DNA of 64,000 nucleotides from the NCBI GenBank assembly GCA_052327205.1, contig CM126204.1:317130001-317194000 (forward strand), in the 5' to 3' direction. This document shows, one piece after another, positions 49,936 to 63,871 of the stretch (position 1 is its first letter; every line of letters begins with the position of its first letter). The notes beneath the pieces are model-generated. The model had not been told where the DNA came from, ran no database searches, and saw nothing but the letters and a program-made list of their open reading frames with translations. Position numbers and translations under genes: made by a program. The stretch comes from Somniosus microcephalus (lineage: Eukaryota).

Positions 49936-50762
49936 TTATCTTCGGTTAGAGGTCACTGTCATCTTTATTGCCCCATCACTACATCATGCAACTTTCAACA
50001 TTTAACATGCCCAGCATATTGATATAGAAATACAAGTTTAATTTTAAAACCCATAAAACTATATACTATAAAGGTTTTAGGTCTAATTTGTAATTCTTTT
50101 TGTTGTTAAACTCTTGTTGGCTTGTACCCCATTCTATCACCTTCCCATGCCATGTGTTCCTAACTGAGAGGACAGGCTGGAGACCTGGTCCCAGACCTCT
50201 GCCAGTACCAATCTATTGCTGGCTGCTAGGAGTTGCACATAAGCAGCACTGGATGTTTTTGGCTTGTTCCCGTAGCCTCTGTTTAATGGCATGGTTGAGA
50301 GCATGACTGGTGGCCAGTTTGAGGCAATACTTCAGTCGGGTTCTGATGATGAACAAGCTTTGCTTCATTTGGATTATTTTACAATTCAGTGCCAGCCATT
50401 CTGTTCAACTTTCTCTCTCCTACATGTGCAGCCCAAGACCAGTATAAGAACATAAAAGGAGGGATCAGAGTTGTTAAATACCTTCAAATAAGGAAAAGAC
50501 TTGGCGGAGAATAATAGACATAAGTGTACACCGTAAACTGTCGGCCTCCATGAAAAGCTTGAGGTTGATGGGAATCAAATACTTACTGTGAGAGTCTTAC
50601 TTTAAAACTGAACATAGGTGAGGATGGAGGAGCCTTATTGTAAACTATTAAATTATTGCAGGTACAAAAGCATATCACATGTTGTATTAGGAAGGATTCC
50701 AAATTATTTTTTCCAAGGTGTTACTGTTGTCAGGATGGTTCGGTTCCCATTAAAAGTCTATA

Positions 50763-51074
50763 CAGGTAGACTATATCCTTTATCCGAAAACCTCGGGACC
50801 AGCCGTGTTTCGGTTTTCGGAAAATTTCGGATTTCGGAAGGTATTTTATAAGACTGGGAAATTTGTCGGCGGGGGGTCGGCGGTGGGGTTGGGGTCGGCG
50901 GGGGTCCGCGCGGGGGTCGGGGTCAGCGGGGGGGTCCGTGGGGGGTCGTCGGCGGGGGTCGGGGTCGTGCGCCACTCTGGTCATGTTGTGCGCACGACTT
51001 ACGCTGAACGAAAAAACCTTCGGTTTTTAGAGGGTTTCGGTTTTCGGAAGTTCGGATAAAAGGTAGTCTACCTG
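50763..51074. mobile_element. Tigger/pogo (Tc1-mariner superfamily) MITE, MER46-like
   Basis: TA TSD; TIR CAGGTAGACTA..CCTTTATCCGAA / TTCGGATAAAAGGTAGTCTACCTG; subterminal CCGAAA/TTTCGG repeats. Confidence 0.82.
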
Positions 51075-51831
51075 TATTAAGTGAAATTCCATGGAATACT
51101 CAATACAGCAAGTTAATAGGCGATACTGGAACCTCCATTTGATCTACCTCCGAATGATGAAATGAAAGCCACCTCTGTGACTCGACCCCAAGCTTTCAAT
51201 GTGAAATGATTACGGCCAGCCTGAACCCAGCTCATAAAGGTCCAAACTGGCATTGATTGATGAACAGTGGCAATATTCTAGGAAATGGAAGTGTCACATT
51301 GGTGCAGGGGAGCTGACTAAGATATTGGAATTCAAAGCACTATGGGGTATAGTAGAGGCTGCATCCTGCATTGGTGTACATTTATCTGACCTGGGGTGAA
51401 AAGTGAATTGCCATTAACAGTTGCCTCGTATTCTCAATGGAGGCACTACAATTGCTTTACAACAGTCGTTGTGATTTTAAAAACATTAAACCCTTTTGAT
51501 AATCGGTACATGTCACTTTGTACCCCATTCCTCAAGACGTATTGCTAATATTGCAAGTTGTCCTGTTCTCCACTACAGAGTGCTGAGATACTGCAGGGTG
51601 TCTTCACTGAGGGACATGGTCTGAGGTTGCGTGCAAACTGATCATTAAGGAGATTTGAAATATAGGATTGCAATTCAGCTCAAACCTTTGTGTCATAGTC
51701 CAGCACTCCACCACGAGAGCTGCTCAGCTGAGGTTTGTTGCTTTTGTTAAACGTAATGCAGTCCTCAAAAGTAGAGCAGCATCAGGACCTCCCATTGTAA
51801 GCCTAATTGCATCCTTTTGATGTATTCTTGA

Positions 51832-52068
<237 letters not shown>

Positions 52069-52565
52069 TGAGCCTTTATATTTCCTGGATTTGGTAGTAG
52101 AACCTCTCTCTTATAATGTAGTTTCTGGTTGCCATATTAACATAGGAGTCCTCAATGAGGTGTGGTATGTTAATGAAGGGTTACTGTGACAAGAATGGCT
52201 ACCATTTAAAGGGCTACCCATTAAAATGCACGTGGTCAAAGAGTAATAAATGTGACGGATTAATCTGGTATACCAAACAAATTTTTTTCAGGAAATTCTA
52301 ATGTAATCATAAATGGGGCAGATGCCTTTGGTATTGGATGTGTTTTGCCATATTTTTAATGCAGGCATGAACTTGATTATTAGTTTGACGCAGAAACCTC
52401 TGTAGATAGACTGTATTGTCCTGTAATACCAATTTTGTCTAGCATTGTGCAGGGAAATCTACTCCACACATTACCTAAAGCATTAAATATAATGGTTGCA
52501 AAGTGATTATTATAATTAGCTGCTAGGTGGAATTAGAATCATCATTCAGTGAATTAAAAAAAGTA

Positions 52566-53285
52566 CTGACGCAGAATTTGTGGTCAGTGGCGAAGCAAAG
52601 TCGCTCGCCGCTGGTCCCGAATAAAGCTTCGCACAAAGATCTCGTGATCTTTGCGACAAAGTTCGGGTTTTTCCAGCGCGTAGTTCAAATCAACGTAGAA
52701 TAGTGGGGATCTCATAGTGCGAGCTGCTGTGATGTCAACAAGCTGTCTAAGCAGCCAATCAAAATGCAGAATTCTCAGACAGCGAACCAGGAAGTGGGTA
52801 AGCTCTTAAAATTCTAACTTTTTTTTAAAAAAATGTTAGCGAGAGCAAAACAAAGATTGGGGCTCTCATAGGGAAAAGGCAAACGGAAATAAAGATGAAC
52901 AAATTTAAAAGTTTCTTAAAAATATAAATTTTTACTAAAATGGATAAATTTGACGCTGCGTAAAATTTTAATTAATTTTTCAGGGCCATCACCTTTGTTT
53001 AGCAGTCAATACACTGTTAAAACTCCAGGTGCACCTAACCCCTTTGGGTCTAACTTTTAATGGAGTATTTAACAGCGTAATTAAGAGCCAATGTTTTCAT
53101 CAGTTTCCTTGATTTGAGAGATTTCACTGATTGCCGGCTGTGTGGGGGTGGGCACAGCGCAGTCTGTGGAGGAGCAGTGAATGACAGACTGCAACTTCTG
53201 CATTAGGATGCGCATGTGCTAAATCCTGAAATTGCGGTCAGTTTCAAAGGCGAAATAGTCATCAGGACCGCAAATTCTGGGCCAG
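52566..53285. mobile_element. Non-autonomous DNA transposon (MITE)
   Basis: TIR CTGACGCAGAATTTGTGGTC / GACCGCAAATTCTGGGCCAG; TSD ambiguous because the flanks are palindromic. Confidence 0.75.
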
Positions 53286-53420
53286 TACTTTTTTTCCTTA
53301 GAAATCATATCCAATTACTTCTAGTTTTACACAATTTTTAGCAATGGCTGTCTTCATGATGAAGCTAATCTTGATGAGGATATAGCTGTTGTATGATGTG
53401 CTGCTCACTTTGTTAAATAG

Positions 53421-53546
53421 GATCAGGTGGTGAAAGAAGACAATATTGATGCTGTTGGCAAAAAACTGCAGGAATACCATAACCAATATCAGGATAAGAG
53501 TAAAGAATATGACCGGCTTTATGAAGAATACACAAGGACTTCACAG
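53421..53546 (+). CDS. pik3r3: pik3r3 exon 5 (start of iSH2)
   Basis: [42 protein letters not shown]; TAG acceptor, GTATGT donor; 126 nt. Confidence 0.98.
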
Positions 53547-54797
53547 GTATGTCTATGCTTTTGAATGACAGGCTACGCTGGATCATGGAATAATCTCCAT
53601 GTATTCCAGACTTTTTTTCATCTCGCTAGTTTTCACTACAATTATTTTTTCATTTCTGATATCAGCTACTGCCTTTTGTACCACAGATAAAGGACCAGTC
53701 ATGATATGGCCCTGAGATTGGTGGTAGAAACTTCTAATATACATAAGTACAAGTCGAATTGAGAGCGATGTATACCAAAGAGTGATTACACAGCAGCAAT
53801 TTAATCCAGTCAGTGAAATGCTAATGGTTTGTAACTGATGTGCTGCTGGGGTAAGAGGGGAAATTTTTCAACCAGCCAGGGCTGGATAGTGGAAATTTGA
53901 GGATGGGAATAGGGAGTATTTTTGCAGTTCTTTCCTTTTTAGGCTATGATGTAAAGTGCATGATGAGGTAAATTGCATACACTGTGTGGAAAGAGTAAGG
54001 TTAATGGTCCAAATGGCCTTTTCACATTCTATTCCTTTAGTTTTTGTTCCAACATGGGAGATGGTTTCATTTAGTTTTGGGTACTTTATGCTGGTAGTGA
54101 CAGTATTGGCTCTGATGCAGATAGCGGCAAGTTCACCGCAATTTTCAGTCGGTTATTAGGACTGTATGATCTGTGCATCACCACCTTTGTTCTTCAAAAA
54201 CCGGCATGCTTCCATCGACGGTATTTCAAAGTATCGCTACTTTGTAATGTATTTAGTAATGTGTTAGTAGTGGTTTTAGTTTGTTTTAAAGAGGTGTTAA
54301 GCTGGCACACCACCTTCAAGTGTTTTATACTTTGTGGTTTGCTTTAAGTCAGCTATGTGAAGGCCAAGTTCTTTCAAATTGCATACTTTGCAGACATGTT
54401 TATGCCACAGTGCAATTTTTTTTAAAAGAAAATATTTATGAATGCACTTTCCCTAACCTTGTGATTCACATTTTAGTAAAAGTTGCTACCAGAACCGTCA
54501 AAAGATTTGATTATATCATACTGATCCAGAAATCCCACTGCCTTTTTTTAGGAGCATTGTAGCTCCTGTTATATTAAACTGTGGGTGTGCTGATGCCAAC
54601 AGTGTGCTTGGATAATAGTTTTAGTGTCGTACCTATGGCAGGATCTTGGTGTTTAAAGTTAATATCTGAATTAATTTTCATAACCTTTTTGAGAGTACCA
54701 AGTTTATCCTAACACTATTGCACTACCAGCATGCTACAGCTTTGTTTGGCAAGTGGTAGAATATGGATGGCTTTAAATAAACCTAGAAATTAGGTTA

Positions 54798-55421
54798 ACA
54801 ACAGAAAATGCTGGAAAAACTCAGCAGGTCAGGCAACATCCGTGGAGAGAAATTTGAGTTGACGTTTCGGGTTGGACCCTTCTTCAAAACTGGAAAGAAA
54901 AGAAACTAGATCGGAGGCAGGGCTGCGATCGGACAAAAGAATAAAAGAAACAAAAGAAGTAAAAGAGATTAGAAGCTAGACGAGATAGTAATAGGCTGGG
55001 ATTAGGTGTAAAGTGTACTGGCAGGGCAAAAGATAGCTGCCAGGTGTGAGAGAGAAACAAAAGGAAAGGGGGGGGGGGGGGAAAGGAGTGGAACAATTAC
55101 AAGAGAAAATGAAATGGGGGCCGGGCTTATGATCTGAAATTGTTGAACTCGATATTGAGTCTGGAAGGCTGCAGAGTGCCTAATCGGAAGATGAGGTGCT
55201 GTTCCTCGAGTTTGCGTTGAGCTTCCGTGGAACAATACAAGAGGCCAAGGACGGTGAGGTCCGAGTGGGAATGGAGCGGTGAATTAAAATTTTGAAGAAG
55301 GGTCCAACCCGAAACGTCAACTCAAATTTCTCTCCACGGATGTTGCCTGACCTGCTGAGTTTTTCCAGCATTTTCTGTTGTTATTTCGGATTTCCAACAT
55401 CTGCAGTATTTTGCTATCATA
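54798..55421 (-). mobile_element. Short Penelope-like insertion with an inverted pLTR and a 15-bp TSD
   Basis: CTAGAAATTAGGTTA direct repeat at 54783-54797 and 55422-55436; 94-bp inverted repeat at 54796-54889 and 55290-55383; endonuclease tail RKLEEQHLIFRLGTLQPS on the - strand. Confidence 0.9.
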
Positions 55422-56088
55422 CTAGAAATTAGGTTACAGCTTTTGGCTCCTTATTATTTACACTATTACCAAAGGTTTGCATTACTGAGAAATCTGCACC
55501 TGTTTGTATCTTGGGCTTGAATTTCACAGTACAAGAACTTCCCAAATAAATTCCCTTTCTCCTTGTTAAATACAACTTTTTAAAAAAGCTGTACAGTAAT
55601 TTGTAACTTCTTTTGGTTTTCACCATTTTAACATGACTTGGAGAAAGTGCAGATCAGTGACTAAAAAACTGCATTAGTGGCCTGTATGTGTGTTGAGCTG
55701 TTTGGTTCCAGGATATCTTGACCTCTATCTCAGCAGCAGTGTTTGTATTGCTACTGGGGTGCTGACATACAGAAGTGCTGACCATAGGCATTGGTAGCAG
55801 TGATGTGATAGCCATTAGACTCTATAAAACAAATTTTAACAAAGCACTTCTTTGGTTTTGCAATATGTTTGGGAATACTCCAGGGCCAACATCCAGTGCC
55901 AAATGACATTCATCAAAGAATATTGTATCCATTTCTGACATCTTTGATTCTAGACTTGCAGGCTATAGTTTGCAACAGAATTCAGGGGAATTCCATGTGG
56001 TGCATATTATTGTAACAACTATAGAAGATTTAGTGCAAAACTTTATTGAACTGTTTTTAAAATATAACTTGTAAACCTGTCTCTTTAA

Positions 56089-56280
<192 letters not shown>

Positions 56281-56282
56281 TG

Positions 56283-57067
56283 AGCCGGAATTTTCTCCAG
56301 GGAGGCTGGTTGGGTGCGGGGGACCCAGGAGGCCAGTTTTCCCACAGGCCCTGCCGACATTAACGGCAGGGCCTGATTTGCATGTGAGGCCTCGGGTTCC
56401 CGCCCGCATTCCATTGAGAGGCTGGCTGGCTGCGGGCAGGTAGGCCTGCAGATGCGAGGGGTCGGTCTGGGGGAGTGATTGGGAGGGGGTTTGGCATTGA
56501 GCATCAGAAATCGCGGGAGTGGGGTCGGCATTGAGGATCACGGGATGGGGTTAGCCAGAGCATCGGAGGGGTGTTCAGCGGGCTTGATCGCGGGGGGGGG
56601 GGGGAGGGGGAGGAGAAGAGGATCGAGGCCAGCCACCGGAGAATTGGGGCCATCCTCGGCATCAGTGGGGGAGGGGTGGGGCATCATGGTGAGGATCGGA
56701 GGCCTTGTGGTGACGTGTCTGATTACGGGGGATGGGTTAGGTAGGGACCCTGGATCCAGGAGGTCGGTATAAAGCCCCTTACCTCCTGGATGCAGCAGTC
56801 CCCGCCTCTGTTTAACTGCCGGGTTTTACAAATTGTGTGAAACCCGTCCCCAGCCAGTTAAATTCAAAATGGAGGTGAAAAAAGAGGCTTCCAGCCTCAT
56901 TATAATATTTAAATTGACGTACCGCCCCCTGGGAGTGGATTGGTCGCCTGTCCTGCTTCCATTAAAACTGGAAGTGAGCGGGTTGGAGGCGGGATCAGCT
57001 TGGGAATCCCATATTTAACTGCCTCCACGTGCCAATCTCGCCTGTTTTTTAGCGGGAAATTCCGGCC
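56283..57067. mobile_element. Harbinger-like MITE in pik3r3 intron 6
   Basis: TIR AGCCGGAATTTTC / GGAAATTCCGGCC with 3-bp direct flanks ATG; GC-rich interior. Confidence 0.7.
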
Positions 57068-57154
57068 ATGAAGTAGCCTGATGAATAAAAGGAGCCTCCC
57101 CCCCCACTTAAACCAATCACAGAATACTATTCCTAATAAGGGCCTTCATTTAAA

Positions 57155-58025
57155 AGATACAACACAGAAAAAGGCCGTTTGGCCCAACTGGCCTATGCTC
57201 CACACTTGCCTCCTCCCATCTTACTTCACCCTATCTGCATATCCTTCTATTCCTTTCTCCCCCATGTACTTATCTAGCTTCCCCTTGAATGCATCTGTGC
57301 TATTCGTCTCAACTACTCCCTGTGGCAGCGAGTTCCAAGTTCTCACCACTCTGAATAAAGAAGTATCAGCTGAATTTTTTATTGGATTTATTGGTGACGA
57401 ATCTTCAACTTATGGCTCCTAATTTCGGACTCCCTAAAGTAGAAACATTTTCTCTACCTCTAATCCTTTCATAATCTTTAAAGACCTCTATCAGGTCACC
57501 CTTGGTCTTTTTTCTAGAGAAAAGGGCCCCAGTCTGTTCAGTCTTACCAGCTAGTTGTACCCTCTCAGTTCTGGTATCATCTTTGTAAATCTATTTTGCA
57601 CTTTCTCCAGTGCTTCTATACCCTTTTTGTAATATGGAAGACAACTGTGCATTGTATTTTAAATGTGGCATAACTAAGATTCTATATAAGTTTTATATAA
57701 CTTCTCTAGTTTTGAATTCTATTCCTCTAGAAATGCCTCAGTGCGTTGTTTGCACTTTTTTTTAAATGGTTTTCCTAACCTGTGTTGCTACTTTTAATTG
57801 ATTTTTTTTTTAAATCTGTACCCCTGGATCCATTTACTACTCTACCCCATTTAGACTCTTTTTCCAAGGATTAAGTAACTTCCTCCTACCAAAATGCATC
57901 ACCTCACACTTATATTAAAATTAATTTGTCATTGACACGCCCATTCTGCAGGTCTGTTAATGTCGTGTCGCAGTCTTCCTCAGTATTAACTATACCCCCA
58001 ATTTAGTGTCATCTGCATATTTTGA
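57155..58025 (-). mobile_element. CR1-like LINE 3' fragment
   Basis: ACACAGAAAAAGGCCGTTTGGCCCA tail; reverse-complement similarity to 19321-19890; YADDTKLG at about 58000. Confidence 0.82.
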
Positions 58026-58411
58026 TTATAATCAGAATATGGTTATGGCTTATTGCCTCATAACAAGAATTTTCTCTATATTGATGGGTTTTGCTTAATG
58101 GAGACTTGGATAAATGGGATGATTTAATTTTCATAAAGCATACCTCTGTAAACCTGCTGGCTGATCAGATTATTACTGGTATGCAAAGGTACCTTTGGTA
58201 AAGGGGAAAGTCTGATTGCCTGCACTTCCGGTTAGAAGGTACAATAAAGGTGATCCGCTATGAATATAGGAAGGCGAAAAAGGGCAAATAATAATGTAAC
58301 TTGTGCATTTTGACTGAAAATGTGTAAATGTAAACTGTTTGTGCCATCTACATTGCATCCTAATATGCATTAGTTCCCAATAATTCAAACAAACCTTTTT
58401 TTGTGTGGTAG

Positions 58412-58588
58412 GATAATGATGAACTATGAAAAACTCAAGTCTCGTCTTGGAGAGATCCATGACAGCAAGATGCGCCTGGAACAAGATCTGAAGAAACAAG
58501 CATCTGATAACCGAGAGATTGACAAGAAAATGAACAGCATCAAGCCTGACCTAATTCAACTGCGAAAGATCAGGGATCAGTACCTTGT
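58412..58588 (+). CDS. pik3r3: pik3r3 exon 7 (iSH2)
   Basis: [58 protein letters not shown](V); donor GTAAGT; 177 nt. Confidence 0.98.
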
Positions 58589-58713
58589 GTAAGTAGAAAC
58601 AGATAAATGATGTTGGATTTACTTTTCTCCCTGAGGGGCAAAACATGCTGAAAGTTGACAGTATAACAAAATGATTAAAACTTTGTGATAGTTTCCTTCT
58701 CTTCATCTTGCAG

Positions 58714-58788
58714 ATGGCTCAATCACAAAGGAGTGCGTCAAAAGCGAATAAATGACTGGCTTGGAATCAAAAATGAAAATGCAGATGA
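58714..58788 (+). CDS. pik3r3: pik3r3 exon 8
   Basis: WLNHKGVRQKRINDWLGIKNENAD(D); TTGCAG acceptor, GTGAGT donor; 75 nt. Confidence 0.97.
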
Positions 58789-58799
58789 GTGAGTTAGAA

Positions 58800-60205
58800 T
58801 TGTCTCAAATGTAACCCCACTATTTAAGAAAGGACAGAGAGAGAGAAAACGGGGAACTGCAGACTAGTTAGCCTGACATTAGTAGTAGCGAAAGTGCTAG
58901 AATCTATTAAGGACGTGGTAACAGGGCACTTAGAAAATAATATGATTGGGCAGAGTCAACACAGATTTATGAAAGGGAAATCGTCTTTGACGAATGTTAG
59001 TTTTTTCAGGTTGTAACTAGCAGAATAGATAAGGGGGAACCAGTGGATGTGGTGTATTTGGATTTTCAGAAGGCATTCGATAAGGTGCCACACAAGAGGT
59101 TATTAGTGGGATTGGGGTAATATACTAGCATGGATTGAGGATTGGTTAACGGACAGAAAACAGAGAGTAGGAATAAACGGGTCATTTTCGGGTTGGCAGG
59201 CTGTAACTAGTGGGGTCAGTGCTTGGGCCTCAGCTATTCACAATCTACATCAATGATTTGGATGAGGGGACCAAATGTAATATATCCAAGTTTGCTGATG
59301 ATACAAAACTGGATGGGAATGTAAGTTGTGAGGAGGGTGCAAAGAGGCTTCAAGGGGATATAGTCAAGCTAAGTGAGTGGGCAAGAACATGACAAATGGA
59401 ATATAATGTGGAGTTATCCACTTTGGTAGGAAAAATAGAAAAGCAGAGTATTTTTTAAATGGTGAGAGATTGTGAAATGTTGGTGTTCAGAGGGACCTGG
59501 GTGTCCTTGTACACGAATCACTTGAGTTAACATACAGGTACAGCAAGCAATTAGGAAAGCAAATGGTATGTTGGCCTTTATTACAAGAGGATTTGAGCAT
59601 AAGACTAAAGACATCTTACTGCAATTATATAGGGCCCTGGTGAGACCCCACCTGGAGTATTGTGTACAGTTTTGGGCTCCTTACCTAAGGAAGGATATTA
59701 CTTGCCATAGAGGGAGTGCAACGAAGGTTCACCAGACTGGTTCCTGGGATGGGGGGGGGGATTGTCCTATGAGGAGAGATTGAGTAGACTCAGCCTATAT
59801 TCTCTAGAGTTTAGAAGAATGAGAGGTGATCTCATTGAAACATACAAAATTCTTACAGGGTTTGACAGGGTAGATGTTTGTAGCGAGGATGTTTCCCCTG
59901 GCTGGGGAGTCTAGAACCAGGGGTCACAGTCTCAGAATAAGGGGTCGGCCATTTAGGACTGAGATGAGGAGAAATTTCTTCACTGAGGGTTGTGAACCTT
60001 TGTAATTCTCTACCCCAGAGAACTGTGGAGGCTCAGTTGTTGAGTATATTCAAGTCAAAGGTTGATAGATTTTTGAATATCAAGGGATATGGGGATAATG
60101 CAGGAAAGTGGAGTTGAGGTAGAAGATCAGCCATGGTCTTATTGAATGGCAGAGCAGGCTCGAGGGGCCAAATGACCTAATCCTGCTCCTATTTCTTATG
60201 TTCTT
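58800..60205 (+). mobile_element. CR1-like LINE, RT through 3' tail
   Basis: [66 protein letters not shown], tail TCCTATTTCTTATGTTCTT. Confidence 0.93.
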
Positions 60206-60676
60206 ATACAAAAGCAAAATACTGTGGACGCTGGAAATCTGAAATAAAAACAGGAAATGCTGGAAATACTCAGCCGGTCAGGCAGCATCTGTAGAGAGAG
60301 AAACAGAGTTAACGTTTCAGGTCGATGACCCTTTGTCAAAACTGGAAAAAGCTGGAGATGGAACAGGTTTTTAAGCAAGGGCAGGGAAAGGGGGGTGGGG
60401 AGGAAAGAACAAAAAGGAAGGTCTGACAGGATGGAAGGCAGGAGAGATTAAGAGACATTAAGAGCTGGTGCAAGGCAAAAGGAGATGGTAATGGGACAAG
60501 TTAAGAAACAAAAGATGGCTCTAGATGAAGTGTAAATGGCAATGGCAGAATGAAAGACAGCTGCCATGTGAGAGAAAAATAAATAAATGTGGAAAAAAAA
60601 GATAGGGGCAGAGGTTATGGTGTGAAATTGTTGAATTCTATGTTGAGTCCAGAAGGCTGTAAAGTGCCTAATCGAA
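60206..60676 (-). mobile_element. Penelope-like 3' fragment, same family as 1-1370
   Basis: Reverse complement matches about 910-1370 (TTAGGCACTTTACAGCCTTCTGGACTCAA...GACCTGAAACGTTAACTCTG); hammerhead core decayed to TTGACAA. Confidence 0.9.
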
Positions 60677-61345
60677 GCTCCCAAAAATGGGTTCAAAGAA
60701 TTGGTGCAGCTTCTACAGGTCACATTTACAGAACATAGTAAAGCGCTTTTACTGAGTGTGTTAGTGATATCTAATGGCAGAATGTCAATTATGCAGTTAT
60801 TGACAGTGTCCAATTTAGATAGATTAGGCCCCTTCCGTAGTACTTAACGGGAATGTCAACTTAATTGATTTGAATGGACAGGCCCATAGTCAGATTCAGC
60901 ATTGAGGGCAAGTAGACAGATACACTTTCACCCCTTCAGTTTCCCAGTGATTGAGCCAAATGTAGGCCTCATAATCAGCTTTCCCTGGTTTATATTGGCT
61001 TTTACTCAGTTTTGAGGACAGCCAGGCTCTATTCTTGATATGTGTACCATTATACCAAGTTGATTGGTGCTATAAAGCAGAAGGGGGTACTTGATACTGC
61101 TTGCAATAACCTTGTATAAACTACTTCTATGAATTGGATATGTTATCTTTTTTAAAAGGTTTAGCTTTTAGACATTAAAGTAACTGACATAAACATCAGA
61201 GCTACAACATTGCTATCTCCGTTTAGTATAATTAATGGGTTAATCGTAGAATTGGAATCCTGGAACAAAGTAACAAATATTGGGGGTAGTTAGCACTGTG
61301 CACGGCTCAATAGAGTAATTCTTGTTATAAACAATTTCACCTCAG

Positions 61346-61516
61346 CACATATTTCATGACTGAAGAAGATGAAAACCTTCCTCACTACGATGAGAAGACC
61401 TGGTTTGTGGGAGCTATTAATCGAACACAAGCTGAAGATTTACTTAGAGGAAAATCAGATGGTGCCTTCCTAATCAGGGAAAGCAGTAAAAAGGGCTGCT
61501 ATGCCTGCTCTGTGGT
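61346..61516 (+). CDS. pik3r3: pik3r3 exon 9 (cSH2)
   Basis: [56 protein letters not shown](V), with FLIRES; donor GTAAGT; 171 nt. Confidence 0.98.
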
Positions 61517-63871
61517 GTAAGTAACGTGTTTTTTTTTTAAAGGAGGCATATTTGTAAATCAAGAAAATCCCATTGGTGATGTCGTCATGTTGGGTCACTT
61601 TTTTCTATCATTAGCCTTAATTAAAAATTGTATACATGGCACTGCTGCTGTTTGAAGGAAGTTTTATGTAGGAATTTATTAGGAACTTACGCCATTGGTC
61701 ATATACAATGTAAATTTTAAAAATGAATTGAAAATATGTTGCAAAATTTCACATTGCTGCAGATGCAGTTGTGGTCAGTCTTAATATTGAAGCACTTCCT
61801 TTGGTATCTCATCCTTATTGGAGTCCTTTTGATTCCCCTTTCCTCTCCATTCCCATGCCAATAATCTTCCTACATTACCCTGATTTATTGTCACTTTCAG
61901 CTGGCTAGTGTAGCTGATGGAGAGGCATTAGAGGAAGAAGTAAGTGAGGCAACACAGCGCAGGATTGGGTATAAGCTGTCGGCTGAGGAGGGGGAGCGGC
62001 GTTGTCACTGACAACCGGATTGGTCAGTGGGTAGAACGCAGAATGAGATCCAAATAAACTTATTAGTTGGGGTGGTGGTGCTGGTGGTGGGGAGGAGATA
62101 CCACAAAACAGGGTATGAGCTGTCCGTTGAGGCAAGATGGGATATGAGCATTCGTCAAAGGACATGAGGGAATAGACTGGAGTCAGATCCTATCAGTAGC
62201 ATTTTTCTTTTCTAGGTGAGATGTGTTGTCTCTAAAGCTTGTGTGCAAGATGGGCGTCTTTAAAATATTGTAGACGTACTACTGTGATTTCCCATTCCCT
62301 ATTGTTCCTAGAAGTCCCTTTTCCCTATGCCAGACATTTTTCTAATTTTATTTTCACTCATCCAATTTCCACAGCTTGGGGCCAGACCTAGGGCAGGGCT
62401 CATCCTATGGGAAGCTAGCATTTCAGAGCTGGTACCAAGGGATACATTGAAGGCTCTTTGTCTACAAGGCCTGGCACATGACCAGTACTCTGTGGGACAG
62501 ACTGAACAGTTCGATATGCTTCAGAAGGGATGATTGTGTTGAAAAAGAATGCCTTTCTGCTGCATTCACAATAAACTACAGTAAAAATCCAAATTCTCAC
62601 CGCCTCAAAGAATTAAAGCAGTCTTTCTTCTGGGAGTAGAGACCTTGGTGGCACTTTGACCAGCTGCATGGATAAACTTCTATTTATAGTTGCCAACATA
62701 ACAAATGGGCATAAGCTTATATGGGAGATTTTTTCTTAATTCAGAGGCTGTCCAAAATAAGCTACCACATGAAGGAGACATAGTGGTGGAAAACAGCTGG
62801 ATTTAAATTGCAGTCAGCTTTGCTAAATATTCAAGTACAGTCAAATCATGATGCAAGTATTAGTTTCCTAAGAAATACTACATTTTGTTTGGGATCTCTA
62901 TATACTTTGTACAATTAAAAGTCCCATTTTTCTAAACCATTTAAGTCGAGAGAAACATCTTGGTGTAAAAATTGACCAAAAGAAGTGTCAATATTTGGAA
63001 GCAGTTGCAAGGGAAGCAAGACTATGTTTATAAGTAACACTATAAGTGAGACCACTCACTCGTAATTGTTTGTGCGGTATTGGTGGTCGCTGTACTTGTT
63101 TGTGGCACTGAATCAGACAACAAAAATGATTCCAAGTTATCGATCGCTTGATCTATAAAGACACACTAAGGAAGCTAAATCTAGTCTTATTCAAAGTAAG
63201 AAAGGGGTATGATCCAAGTTTTTAAATACTTGGGTGGGAATCAGCAAGTGACTTTTTGTTCTGGTTCCTCACAAGTTCGACACAGAATTATTAGAGAGTA
63301 TATATGCAAGCTGATGAGGCCACAATTTTAAATTAACTTCATATTTTCAGCTAAGTGGGACCCTGATTCATGGTGCTATGAGTGTCTGATCTTGGGTGGG
63401 AAAGGAATTGGGAAGAAGTAGTTGGTGAGCAAGAGAGAAAGTCGGGGTGTAAATTGTCCTCCCCCCCCACCCCCCCCCCGCCGCACTGGGCATCTCCTAG
63501 TTATGGAGCAGTGTCGGCCTTCTGAATAAATCACCTGTCAGCCATGGGAATGGATCTTATAAAGCTGGGGGGAAGTCGACAAATGTAGAAGCATAAAGAT
63601 AGATTTCTGTACCAGGGAGTTTCCTTCTACAGTGATTACAGGATTCAGAGTGTTTAGCTAATTGCAATATTTGAGATATCTAGTAACTAAATTTACTTTT
63701 ATTTCTACTGTTACACATTTCCAAAAAAGCCTGAAATGTTGCATTTTAACCACTCTAACTGGCTTGAAGTAAACTCTTTGTCCTTAAATCAATGGAACAA
63801 GCTGCTTGCCTAATATATGCCGTCATAGGATTTTATCTCATGCTAACAACTTCTTGCATCTCCCCTTGCAG

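Noticed and set aside
60315-60355. Functional hammerhead in the third Penelope fragment
   Set aside because: The core has decayed to TTGACAA, with two conserved positions changed.
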